In this document: piece by piece, positions 52,217-60,550 of the stretch
Position numbering within the stretch: the stretch's first letter is position 1
How the letters are laid out: the number at the start of each line of letters is the position of its first letter
From: an uncultured Acidimicrobiales bacterium
GTDB taxonomy: Bacteria > Actinomycetota > Acidimicrobiia > Acidimicrobiales > SHLQ01
Length of the DNA: 64,000 nucleotides
Assembly (NCBI GenBank): GCA_938038815.1
Contig: CALHTF010000011.1
Span: 33,063 to 97,062, forward strand
Reading direction: 5' to 3'
Notes under the pieces: model-generated
Told to the model about the DNA's origin: nothing
What the model saw: the letters and a program-made list of their open reading frames with translations, nothing else
Database searches by the model: none
Made by a program: the position numbers and the translations under genes

Positions 52217-52528
52217 TTACATCTCCAAGCATTCCGAGATCTGCACACTGGATCCGGCCGCGAGAACTGGACAGCCCTTGGCGATCTCTTTGGCGTCGTC
52301 GAGCGAGTCGGCCTTCACCACCGTGTAGCCGGCCAGCGACGACGGCAGATCGATGTCGCCGTCGGGTCCGATTGCGGTGTGGGCACCGAACGGGTTACCG
52401 CCGTCAACCAGATTCTCGCCGATCGTTCCGTACCAGGATCCCCAGGCATCCATGATCGCTTGGACAGCAGTGGGGTCCTCTGGGAAGTCAGCTGGTTGTC
52501 CGTGGTAGGTGAGTACGTAAGTCGTCAT
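52217..52528 (-). CDS. YCII-related domain protein
   Basis: 103 aa, small alpha/beta protein with the pattern YVLTYHG...W..W.......GGNPF...........GYTVVKADSLDDAKEIAKGCP. Confidence 0.65.
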   Translation of the reverse strand: MTTYVLTYHGQPADFPEDPTAVQAIMDAWGSWYGTIGENLVDGGNPFGAHTAIGPDGDIDLPSSLAGYTVVKADSLDDAKEIAKGCPVLAAGSSVQISECLEM

Positions 52529-52647
52529 TGTCTTGGTTCCTTCTGTGTGTTTTGAGGGCGTGTCCCCCGGTTACCAAGACGTCGAACGACGGTGCCGAAA
52601 ATCGACACCGTCGTCCAAATTTCTTTCTGGTCATGGGTTTGGTGGAC

Positions 52648-53052
52648 CTAGACCGGCCCCATGGCGTGGTTTGAATGAATGCTGAGTTGGTTGCCGTCGG
52701 GATCGATGGCGCCAAACGAGTCGTGGGGGTGACCCCGCTTGATCTCGGTGACGGTTGCTCCGGCTTGACCAACGATCTCCCACGTTTCGTCGATGTCGTC
52801 GACGATGAAGTCGAGTGACGATGTTCCACTCTGCCCGGGGTGCACCACGATATGGGTGCCCCCGCGCAGTTCGAGGATCACGGTCTGTCCCATATCGACG
52901 ACAAGGCGCAGGCCGACTTCGGTATAGAAGTCGCGCAGCGCAGCGACGTTGGAGGATGGAACGGTTACGTGGCCGATCCCAAAGCGGGGTCGAGGGTCGG
53001 TTTCGCCTGGGGCGGATTGCAGTGCGGTGGTTTGAACTACTGGTAGTGACAA
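52648..53052 (-). CDS. VOC-family (glyoxalase/bleomycin-resistance/dioxygenase) protein
   Basis: 134 aa with GIGHVTVPSSNVAALRDFYTEVGL...ELRGGTHIVVH...GAIDPDGNQLSI. Confidence 0.8.
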   Translation of the reverse strand: MSLPVVQTTALQSAPGETDPRPRFGIGHVTVPSSNVAALRDFYTEVGLRLVVDMGQTVILELRGGTHIVVHPGQSGTSSLDFIVDDIDETWEIVGQAGATVTEIKRGHPHDSFGAIDPDGNQLSIHSNHAMGPV

Positions 53053-53161
53053 AAGTATTCCTTCTGGTTGTTGTTAGGTATGCTTAACAACCCTGCCGCC
53101 CCGGTTCCTATTCCGCCGCCGGGCGAAAACTGTAGTCCTGCGACATCCCGTGCCCGTCGAG

Positions 53162-53215
53162 CGTTCTGATTGCAGTTGGTCGGCCCAGAGCCGTTCAACT
53201 GCAAAAGTTTCACGG
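53162..53215 (+). repeat. Intergenic hairpin repeat, copy 3 (divergent apical stem)
   Basis: CGTTCTGATTGCAGTTGGTCGGCCCAGAGCCGTTCAACTGCAAAAGTTTCACGG. It shares the 5' flank, the basal stem TTGCAGTTG/CAACTGCAA and the 3' AAAGTTTC with copies 1 and 2. The apical stem is CGGC/GCCG instead. Confidence 0.8.
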
Positions 53216-53235
53216 TTTGCGCGGTCGGTGGCTGG

Positions 53236-53715
53236 TTAGCTTGCCGACGCCGTTGCCCGGTTGAGCCGCTCGGTGATGTCGTTGCAGTCTTCACAGCCCC
53301 AGAGGCGGTTGTAGATGATGCAGCCGAGGCAGATTGCGGCGGTGGCTTCGAGGGTTGCCGCGCCGACGAGTGCCAGGGCAACCAGCTTTGCTGCGCCGGT
53401 GAAACCAGCGAGGAACAATGCGGCGGTCGTGGTCGAGAACGCGAGGCCAATCGATTGGGCGAAGCGCTTGGGTGCGCCAGGGACGATGCGGTGTTCGCCC
53501 GGAAGGCGGGGGGTGATGACTCGGGTGACCAGTTGGCCAAGCGGGCTCAGCGTCGGGCCAGTAAGCACTCGGGCGGCAAAGCCGTACACCAGCGGGATGA
53601 GTACCCAGCCGCTGCCGGTGATCACAAAGGTCAGGCCCATGAGTACGACGCCGGTCGCTACCAAGCGGGCAGAGGTTTCGTTTACTTGGTCTGGGAAGGA
53701 GAACACGTTCGACAC
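53236..53715 (-). CDS. DUF4395-family membrane protein
   Basis: 159 aa. FPDQVNETSARLVATGVV start, four TM helices and a C-terminal Cys cluster (AAICLGCIIYNRLWGCEDC). Confidence 0.7.
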   Translation of the reverse strand: MSNVFSFPDQVNETSARLVATGVVLMGLTFVITGSGWVLIPLVYGFAARVLTGPTLSPLGQLVTRVITPRLPGEHRIVPGAPKRFAQSIGLAFSTTTAALFLAGFTGAAKLVALALVGAATLEATAAICLGCIIYNRLWGCEDCNDITERLNRATASAS

Positions 53716-53836
53716 CTTTCGAGTCTATAGAGGTATAAACCCGATAAGAATAGTCGGGTATTCCCTTTTTCGTCCCGAACCAAACGAATGCCTAGGTTGG
53801 ATCACAACGTAGGGATAAGGGAAGAAGGAAGAACCC

Positions 53837-55021
53837 ATGGCTGATGTCGTCATTGTTGAGGCCGGTCGGTCGCCGATCGGGAAACGGAACGGTTCGCTTT
53901 CTGGCGCCCACCCCAACGACATCCTTGGGCCGGTGATGATGGAGGTGCTCAACCGCGCCGGCGTTGCCTCGAGCGACGTCGGCCAGGTGGTTGGTGGGTG
54001 CATCAACAAGGTTGGCGCCCAAGCGATGAACATCACCCGCACTGCTTGGCTGAGCCACGGCGGCGCAGAAGAAGTGGCCGCCACGACGGTCGATGCCCAA
54101 TGTGGGTCGTCGCAGCACGCCGTCAACACCGCCCACGCGTTGATCGCCGCAGGTGTCGAAGACATTGTTTTGGCATGCGGCGTCGAGTCGATGAGCCTTA
54201 TCCCTATCGGCGCCGACGCTGGCGCAGGAGCAAAGGCTGGCTACGGCAAACCCGTGTCGCGCACCTACTTCGAGCACTACGAATTTGTGAGCCAGTTCGA
54301 AGGCGCGGAGCGAATCGCCGACAAGTACAAGATCAGTCGGTCCGACACCGACGCGTTCGGCCTCGAGTCCCAGGAGCGGGCCGCGGTCGCGGTTGCTGAG
54401 GGCCGATTCGAAACCCAGATTATCCCCGTCGAGGCACCCCTGCTCGACGACGAGGGCAACAGGACCGACGAGACGGTTACTGTCACCCGCGACGAAGTCC
54501 CTCGCGATACCAGCCTCGAACAGTTGGCCAAGCTCAAGCCGGTGGCCCGAGAAGACGGCGTGCATACCGCCGGGTCAGCATCGCAGATCTCCGATGGGGC
54601 GAGCGCAGTGCTGCTGATGAGCGCCGACAAAGCGGCCGAACTCGGCATCACACCACTCGCCCGAGTTCTTCAGACCGCATTGGTCGGCTGCGATCCCGTG
54701 CTGATGCTCGAAGGGCCGATTCCCGCAACCAAGAAGGTGTTGGAGCGTGAAGGGATCACCGTCGACGAGGTCGACGTGTTTGAGATCAACGAGGCCTTCG
54801 CCTCGGTGGTCCTGGCGTGGGCGAGCGAACTCGGACCCGACATGGCCAAAGTCAACCCGAACGGCGGAGCGATCTCGCTTGGGCATCCACTCGGCGGAAC
54901 CGGTTGCTTCCTCACCACCAAGGCCGTACACGAGCTGCAACGAAGCGGTGGCCGTTACGGCGTGATCAGCATGTGCTGTGGCGGCGGCTTAGGCACCGGG
55001 ACACTGATCGAGCGGATGTAG
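53837..55021 (+). CDS. Acetyl-CoA C-acyltransferase (thiolase)
   Basis: 394 aa. Active-site Cys region TVDAQCGSSQHAV, NPNGGAISLGHPLGGTG and the C-terminal CCGGGLGTGTLIE. Confidence 0.92.
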   Translation: MADVVIVEAGRSPIGKRNGSLSGAHPNDILGPVMMEVLNRAGVASSDVGQVVGGCINKVGAQAMNITRTAWLSHGGAEEVAATTVDAQCGSSQHAVNTAHALIAAGVEDIVLACGVESMSLIPIGADAGAGAKAGYGKPVSRTYFEHYEFVSQFEGAERIADKYKISRSDTDAFGLESQERAAVAVAEGRFETQIIPVEAPLLDDEGNRTDETVTVTRDEVPRDTSLEQLAKLKPVAREDGVHTAGSASQISDGASAVLLMSADKAAELGITPLARVLQTALVGCDPVLMLEGPIPATKKVLEREGITVDEVDVFEINEAFASVVLAWASELGPDMAKVNPNGGAISLGHPLGGTGCFLTTKAVHELQRSGGRYGVISMCCGGGLGTGTLIERM

Positions 55022-55045
55022 GGCTGCTCGCTTGGCCGGTTTGGG

Positions 55046-55429
55046 TTAGGTCGGCAGCTCGATGACCGCAAAGCTCGAGGTGGCGCTCGCGATGAGTCGG
55101 TCGTCGTCGTCGGTGACTCGCGCCTGAAGATGGATGATCCGCCGACCGGCGGTAAGCACCGTGGCCTCGGCGGTCAGCGTCCCTTCCGAAACGCCCTTGT
55201 GAAACCGGGTCTGCATCTCGATGGTGGCGCACATCTTTCCTTCGCCGAGCACGCTCATCACCGCCGCACCCATCGCGGTGTCCATCATGGCGAACGTCAC
55301 CGACCCATGCGGCACACCGTTCGGGTTCATGTGGCGCTCATCGAGTTCGAGAACGGCAGTGGCGTTGCCATCCCCTGGGGTCACCGAGAAACCCATGAAC
55401 TCTTGAATCGGAAAGCCCGCTGACGACAT
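55046..55429 (-). CDS. PaaI-family hotdog-fold thioesterase
   Basis: 127 aa with NPNGVPHGSVTFAMMDTAMGAAV, typical of the PaaI/uncharacterised-domain-1 thioesterases. Confidence 0.8.
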   Translation of the reverse strand: MSSAGFPIQEFMGFSVTPGDGNATAVLELDERHMNPNGVPHGSVTFAMMDTAMGAAVMSVLGEGKMCATIEMQTRFHKGVSEGTLTAEATVLTAGRRIIHLQARVTDDDDRLIASATSSFAVIELPT

Positions 55430-55449
55430 CGGCCGAATCTACCCGAGCG

Positions 55450-55505
55450 CCCGAACTCGGATGCAAAAGTGCTGCCAGAACGACAGGTCTGCATCCGAGT
55501 TCGGG
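55450..55505. other. 16-bp perfect inverted repeat with 24-nt spacer in a divergent promoter region
   Basis: CCCGAACTCGGATGCA (55450-55465) ... TGCATCCGAGTTCGGG (55490-55505). It lies between the divergently transcribed PaaI thioesterase and DJ-1/PfpI genes. Confidence 0.7.
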
Positions 55506-55601
55506 TGGGTAGTCCAACGTGGCGCACGTTTGGCCTAATTCGATGCATCTACGTCGCCATTGTCGGTTCCGTCGTTCGGCGTACAGGCTTAAGGTTGGTC
55601 C

Positions 55602-56210
55602 ATGACTACTCGTGTGCTGATCGTGTTGTTTGACCACGTCGACTTGCTCGACGTTGGTGGCCCCTACGAGGTGTTCCTTACCGCCAATCGCCTTGCCGAA
55701 CGCGATGGCCAGCCAGCTCCGTTCTCGGTAGCCACCGCGTCGGCCGATGGTCAACCGGTCACCGCCTACGGCGGCTTGGGGCTGGCGCCATCGGAGCCCG
55801 AAACCGATGGTCCGTACGATCTGGTGGTCGTCCCTGGAGCGGTCGATATTGACGCGGTCGTCGACGATCCAAAGGCGATGGATTTCATCGCCAAGCTGGT
55901 AGGCGAAGCGGCGCTCAAGTCGTCGGTGTGTACCGGGTCGCTGCTGCTCGGACACCTCGGAGTTCTGGCCGACCGACAATGGACGACCCATTGGGAGGAC
56001 ATCGCCCCTGCTGGAGAGAGGTTCGGTTCGCCAGGCGTGGAGGGCCGACGTTGGGTCGACGACGGCGACCTTGTTACCGCCGGTGGCCTGAGCTCGGGCA
56101 TCGCGATGGCGCTGCACTTGGTGGCCCGAATCGCCGACGGTGGGCTGGCCGAACGAACCGCCCGCCAGATCGAGTACGACTGGGATCCTTCGGGCGACCG
56201 TTCGTCCTAG
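55602..56210 (+). CDS. DJ-1/PfpI-family (class I glutamine amidotransferase-like) protein
   Basis: 202 aa with VLIVLFDHVDLLDVGGPYEVF and the nucleophile-elbow Cys in SVCTGSLLLG. Confidence 0.85.
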   Translation: MTTRVLIVLFDHVDLLDVGGPYEVFLTANRLAERDGQPAPFSVATASADGQPVTAYGGLGLAPSEPETDGPYDLVVVPGAVDIDAVVDDPKAMDFIAKLVGEAALKSSVCTGSLLLGHLGVLADRQWTTHWEDIAPAGERFGSPGVEGRRWVDDGDLVTAGGLSSGIAMALHLVARIADGGLAERTARQIEYDWDPSGDRSS

Positions 56211-57139
56211 GGCCCCGAAATACAGCCGGGCGAGGCATCCTCAAGCTGTGCCAATCGATCGGCAAACTCGGCATCGCTGATGGCGAGATCAGAGGTCGTT
56301 GGCTTCGAGTGTGAGTCACCGATGGAGAACAGCTCCTCACCACCGAAATAGGTGTCGGCGACCACGTCGTTCGACGCCTCGAACTTGCGCCGAATCATGG
56401 CGAGGACCTCGGGCGGCGGGACGAACTTGGGTTGGGATTGGTCGTCTTTGAGGGTCAACAGCACCTGCGCTTCCTGGTTCAGCCGGTATCCCTCGCGGTT
56501 CAACCGCAACTTAAAGGCCAACATGGGGGCGCTAAGCGTGGGGTTCTTCGAAGGGACCGACTCGAACCGAGCCTGTTGATCGGGGCTGAGCTGCAGGCTG
56601 AACTGCAGAAAGTCGGCGACGATGTCGCCACCGATGAGGGACTCGCGTTCGAATCGCCGCACGATTACTGGCCGATCGAACGCGTCGGTCCATCGCCGGA
56701 GGAAGGCGGCGTAGTTTGCACCGAAGGTTTGGCTGAAGTCGTCGAGCGAGTCGGTGAGTGTGGAGCGTTGTACTCGTTGGGCGTACGCCGATGTTACGTA
56801 CGAGCCTTGTTCGCGCAGGTAACAGACCGGCTGGGTGTCGAAGCCGTCGAGAAACGCGGCCACCTTTGCGGGTTCGCAATTTTGGAACGCTTCGCTGCTG
56901 AGCAGGATCGACTCTTCGGCCGCCGTCTGGAGCTGGGTTCGATAGTCCGATAGCGCAGCTTGGTCGTCGGCTTTCACCGCGTCGGCAACCGGGTGATGGG
57001 CGGCGTGAAACCCCATCGACAGATACAGGTACCCGAGCTCGCTCAGCAGCTCGCGGTTGTGGTGCAACGTGTACTGCAAGGTCGAGGTACCGGTCTTGTG
57101 TCGACCGATATGCAGCAGAACCTTTTGAGCCATCGACAC
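56207..57139 (-). CDS. Putative sulfotransferase-fold protein
   Basis: 310 aa. The N-terminal LLHIGRHKTGTSTLQ resembles the 5'-phosphosulfate-binding loop (K-T/S-G-T-T/S) of sulfotransferases. The rest is not recognised. Confidence 0.4.
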   Translation of the reverse strand: MSMAQKVLLHIGRHKTGTSTLQYTLHHNRELLSELGYLYLSMGFHAAHHPVADAVKADDQAALSDYRTQLQTAAEESILLSSEAFQNCEPAKVAAFLDGFDTQPVCYLREQGSYVTSAYAQRVQRSTLTDSLDDFSQTFGANYAAFLRRWTDAFDRPVIVRRFERESLIGGDIVADFLQFSLQLSPDQQARFESVPSKNPTLSAPMLAFKLRLNREGYRLNQEAQVLLTLKDDQSQPKFVPPPEVLAMIRRKFEASNDVVADTYFGGEELFSIGDSHSKPTTSDLAISDAEFADRLAQLEDASPGCISGP

Positions 57140-57191
57140 CGACTGTACGTGGGCGAGTGCCGGCCAAATTAGTCGGCGATAGGGTCAGGCG

Positions 57192-57830
57192 ATGACTACC
57201 CAACCGCGAGCTGTGCTGTTCGATGCCGCGGGAGTGTTGACCGCACCGTTCTCGTTCGAGTTGGTGGAGGCGGCGATCGAGGCCGGAGCCGATGCCGATG
57301 TGTTGGTCGAGGTGCTGCTTCCGATCTTCTCCGAAGCGGGCGACGGCGACTCGGTGGGCAACCGGCTTGAGCGGGGCGAGGTGAGCCTCGAAGAGTTCCT
57401 GGTGTCGTTGGGCGCCGCCGAGCCACACATTCGCAAGGTGATCGATCCAACCCAGTCGACCTTCTTCGGTGCGAAGTGGGGCCCAAACGAAGCGATGCAT
57501 GAGTTCGTCGCCGAGGTGCACGAGGCGGGGTTTGCCACGGCGCTGGTTTCGAACAACGTGCGCGAGTGGCAGTCGACCTGGGACCGGATCGTGCCAGCGA
57601 GCCTGCCGTTCGACGCCCGGGTCTTCTCGTGGGAGATCGGTGCTCGCAAACCCGAACCTGCGATGTATGCCCATGCGCTCGAAGCGTTGGGTGTTGCGCC
57701 GAACGAGGCGCTGTTCATCGACGACTTCGCCACCATGGCTCAGGGTGCACGCGACGTCGGAATGGCGGCGATCGACTTTGTCGATGCGGCCTCGGCGATC
57801 GAACAGGCGCGGTCGCTCCTCGGGCTCTAG
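57192..57830 (+). CDS. HAD-superfamily hydrolase
   Basis: 212 aa. Motif I AVLFDAAGVL, motif II LVSNN, motif IV FIDDF. Confidence 0.85.
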   Translation: MTTQPRAVLFDAAGVLTAPFSFELVEAAIEAGADADVLVEVLLPIFSEAGDGDSVGNRLERGEVSLEEFLVSLGAAEPHIRKVIDPTQSTFFGAKWGPNEAMHEFVAEVHEAGFATALVSNNVREWQSTWDRIVPASLPFDARVFSWEIGARKPEPAMYAHALEALGVAPNEALFIDDFATMAQGARDVGMAAIDFVDAASAIEQARSLLGL

Positions 57831-58291
57831 GCGGCGATCGGCGCTTTCGACAGCTGCTTGCGAAGGCGCAGCATCCCGACCCGGAACCCGGCCGAACCAA
57901 TCCAGGCGGCCACTGGGCTGAGGGGTCCGGGCAGGTACTTCATCTCGACATCCTCAACCCACATCACCTGACAACCCGACGCGGTCGGCGTTACCTCGAA
58001 GCGGGCCTTGCCGAGCAGGACCGGGCCGAGCTTGCGGACCTCGCACGTGCCGGACTCAGCGTCGTCGTCCCACGAGCATTCGGTGACTTCCATGCGGTCT
58101 TCAAGCGCCGCCGGACCGTAACCGGTGATGGCGGTGAAGGTGGCGCCGACCGCCGTCGGGTCGGCACTGTGGACCTCGACTCGGGTGGCCGGTATCCACG
58201 CTTCGTGGGCCTTCCAGTCGATGAGTTCGTCCCACACTCGTCGGGCGGGCTGATCGAAATCGATGGTGAGGGTGAAAGCTACTGGTGTCAT
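57827..58291 (-). CDS. SRPBCC-superfamily (polyketide cyclase/dehydrase-like) protein
   Basis: 154 aa with IDFDQPARRVWDELIDWKAHEAWIP..., typical of the SRPBCC ligand-binding fold. Confidence 0.7.
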   Translation of the reverse strand: MTPVAFTLTIDFDQPARRVWDELIDWKAHEAWIPATRVEVHSADPTAVGATFTAITGYGPAALEDRMEVTECSWDDDAESGTCEVRKLGPVLLGKARFEVTPTASGCQVMWVEDVEMKYLPGPLSPVAAWIGSAGFRVGMLRLRKQLSKAPIAA

Positions 58292-58300
58292 GAGAGTTCT

Positions 58301-59221
58301 CTATCGAGCGTTGGCGGGCAGCCCTTGTCGGAAAAGCCCTTCGGGTATTGGGGCGCCGCAGCGAACCAGCGAGATGTGCCACGACGGTGATGCGCCGAGT
58401 GCCCACCGCAGCGCGTCGATGGTTTTGCTACCGAACGTTTGGGCCCGACTCGACGGTTGAAGGTCGAGTTGGGTGAGTAGCGGTTCGGGGATCGTGGTGA
58501 GCGCCGCATCGAACAAGATGCGGTAGCCGACCTTGATGGGGGGCGACAGCGGGGGGCTTTTCAGAAAGCCGGTGGCGCTGGTCTGGTGCTTGGTGACCTG
58601 GCGGTCGGGGTGCTCAACGATCCACTCGGTGAGCTCGCGAGCGGTGCGGGGGAGCGGGTCGGCGCCGAGCAACTCGCCGATACGTGTTTGTTCAGCAACG
58701 AATTGGTCGGCGTCGGATTCGCTCATGTCCTCGGGTCCGAATTCGCGGTAGGCGGTGAGGAACGAGTCGGTGAGAACGTTGTGAACCCACGCCGCCATCT
58801 CGGGCCGGTTGGCGCTGTAGGGCAGGCCGCGCTCGGAGGTGCCGGTGACCGGTCGGTGGGCGTTGCGGACAACCTCGACCGCCGCTTCGACCTCGGGCAT
58901 GGCGCCGTAGGTGGTTTCGGTTACCCACACCGAGGTGCGCGACAGGCGGCCGAGCGGGTCGGCCCGGTAGGTCGAGTGATCTTCCACGCCGGCAACAACT
59001 TCGGGGTGGGCCGACTGAACGACCAGTGCCCGTATGCCGCCCAGGAACACCGACGAGTCGCCGAGCACCCGCCACGACACCGAATCGGGGCCGAGTAACC
59101 CCGGGTCGCCCTCGTAGTCGAGGGTGTGTTCGAGGGGCATCGGGCCGTGGGAGAACAAACCGGTGAGCGCCGAAACGACCGAGTCCTGCACGCCTCGAGT
59201 TAGCTGACTGAGCGGGTTCAC
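58301..59221 (-). CDS. DUF2236 (MpaB/rubber-oxygenase-like) family protein
   Basis: 306 aa with GGIRALVVQSAHPEVVAGVEDHSTYRADPLGRLSRTSVWV, matching the conserved DUF2236 core. Confidence 0.75.
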   Translation of the reverse strand: MNPLSQLTRGVQDSVVSALTGLFSHGPMPLEHTLDYEGDPGLLGPDSVSWRVLGDSSVFLGGIRALVVQSAHPEVVAGVEDHSTYRADPLGRLSRTSVWVTETTYGAMPEVEAAVEVVRNAHRPVTGTSERGLPYSANRPEMAAWVHNVLTDSFLTAYREFGPEDMSESDADQFVAEQTRIGELLGADPLPRTARELTEWIVEHPDRQVTKHQTSATGFLKSPPLSPPIKVGYRILFDAALTTIPEPLLTQLDLQPSSRAQTFGSKTIDALRWALGASPSWHISLVRCGAPIPEGLFRQGLPANAR

Positions 59222-59299
59222 CGGGTCTCCTTTCGCCGATTGTCCGAACCCGAAATGGTACGACGAAGTGGTTCGGGCAGCGCTGGCGAATGGGGGTTT

Positions 59300-59713
59300 C
59301 TAGCCGTCGGTGTGAGGCAGCATGTAGGTGCCTTGAGCGGTGGCGCACGGTGGGTTGTCGTCGGTCCAGATGCTCACCGTGCCGACCACCGAGCGGCGCC
59401 CCGCCTTGTCGAGGGTGGCCTTGGCCCACAGCGTGTTGCCCTGGCCCGGGCGCAGGTACCGGATCGAAAGTTCTGAGGTGAGCGCCATCGGCTCGATTCG
59501 GTCAAGTGCGCCAAACACCATGTACCAAAGCGCGGCGTCGGCCAGTGCGAACTGGCTCGGCCCGGGAACAAACCCACCGGGACGGGTCGAGGCTTGGCTG
59601 AGGTCGGTGCTGACCAGCGCATGGGTGAGCGACAGTTCGATGCACTGGTGGGCCGAGTTACCAGGCCACATTTCGGCCAACGCCTTGTTCACATCGTCAG
59701 GAGTAAGCGGCAT
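59300..59713 (-). CDS. PaaI-like hotdog-fold thioesterase (second copy)
   Basis: 137 aa with NSAHQCIELS...GGFVPGPSQFALADAALWYMVF...LSIRYLRPG... Confidence 0.65.
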   Translation of the reverse strand: MPLTPDDVNKALAEMWPGNSAHQCIELSLTHALVSTDLSQASTRPGGFVPGPSQFALADAALWYMVFGALDRIEPMALTSELSIRYLRPGQGNTLWAKATLDKAGRRSVVGTVSIWTDDNPPCATAQGTYMLPHTDG

Positions 59714-59755
59714 GGCTCGATACTACGAGTTGTGCATCGAGAGCGGTAAGAGGTT

Positions 59756-60532
59756 CTACGTCGGGCAGTTCGCAAAGGCCCGAACCGTGAAGGTGCCGGC
59801 GCCTTCGATCTTGGGTGGCACCGCGGTAAAGGTGAAGCCGGTGGCGGGCAGCGCTTCGAGGTTGGTGAGGTGTTCGATGATGGGGATGTCGGCCCGCAGC
59901 AGCGTGGTGTGAACCGGGCGCTGGCCTCCTTCGGTGGAGTCGATGTTCAGCGAATCGATCCCTACACACGCCACCTTTGCGTCGCGTAGCGCCTCGGCGG
60001 TGCCCGCCGACAGATACGCGTGGCCTTCGAGGTAACGCTCGGTTCCGAAGTGTTGGGAGTGGTCGGTACGAATCAGCACGGCATGGCCTTGCAGGCCCGC
60101 CACGTCGTCATCGGTCAACTCGATGCAGGTTTCACCCCGGTGGTCGAGACACACGGCGGGAACCCCGGCAACCGTTTCTAACGCCAGCTCGGTCAGGTCG
60201 TGCCCGTCGCCAAACCGGTGGAACGGAACGTCGATGTAGGTGCCGGTGTTGGTGCACATGGTGATCAGCCCGATCTGGAACGTGATTCCTGGCCCGTAGA
60301 TTTCCTCGGCCGCTGCTCGTGTGAGGTGGTCGGCGATAACCGGCACGGGCAGCCCGGGGTAGGTGACCATGCCATCGGTGATCGTGTGGCTGAGGTCTAC
60401 AAGAGAGGACAAGGGTGACGCTCCGAGTGGTGATGAAGGACTGACGCTGATTCTTGTCGAGTTTGGTCCGCCGACCCGTCGAATTTGTGGCGTTTCGATC
60501 GTCGCCGACGCGTTCCCTATGGTGAGGGGCAT
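59756..60532 (-). CDS. Cyclase-family (kynurenine formamidase-like) protein with a degenerate metal motif
   Basis: VDLSHTITDGMVTYPGLP start of the cyclase domain. The motif position reads NTGTYIDVPFH where the family consensus is HxGTHxDxPxH. The start is uncertain (ATG 60532 chosen; track ORF extends to 60610). Confidence 0.7.
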   Translation of the reverse strand: MPLTIGNASATIETPQIRRVGGPNSTRISVSPSSPLGASPLSSLVDLSHTITDGMVTYPGLPVPVIADHLTRAAAEEIYGPGITFQIGLITMCTNTGTYIDVPFHRFGDGHDLTELALETVAGVPAVCLDHRGETCIELTDDDVAGLQGHAVLIRTDHSQHFGTERYLEGHAYLSAGTAEALRDAKVACVGIDSLNIDSTEGGQRPVHTTLLRADIPIIEHLTNLEALPATGFTFTAVPPKIEGAGTFTVRAFANCPT

Positions 60533-60550
60533 GGCGAGGAGGGGTTTGAC

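Noticed and set aside
52580-52616. Hairpin CGACGGTG-N11-CACCGTCG between the VOC and YCII genes, considered as a terminator.
   Set aside because: The stem is only 8 bp with an 11-nt loop, and no U-tract follows on the transcribed (minus) strand. It is too weak to call.
56595-56615. GGCTGAACTGCAGAAAGTCGG inside the sulfotransferase-like CDS resembles the 3' half of repeat copy 2 (GGCTGAACTGCAAAAATTTCGG).
   Set aside because: It lies within an intact coding frame, lacks the 5' half and the complementary arm, and the match is short. It is most likely chance. Similar short hits to GTTCTGAT at 44371 and 63953 are also coding.
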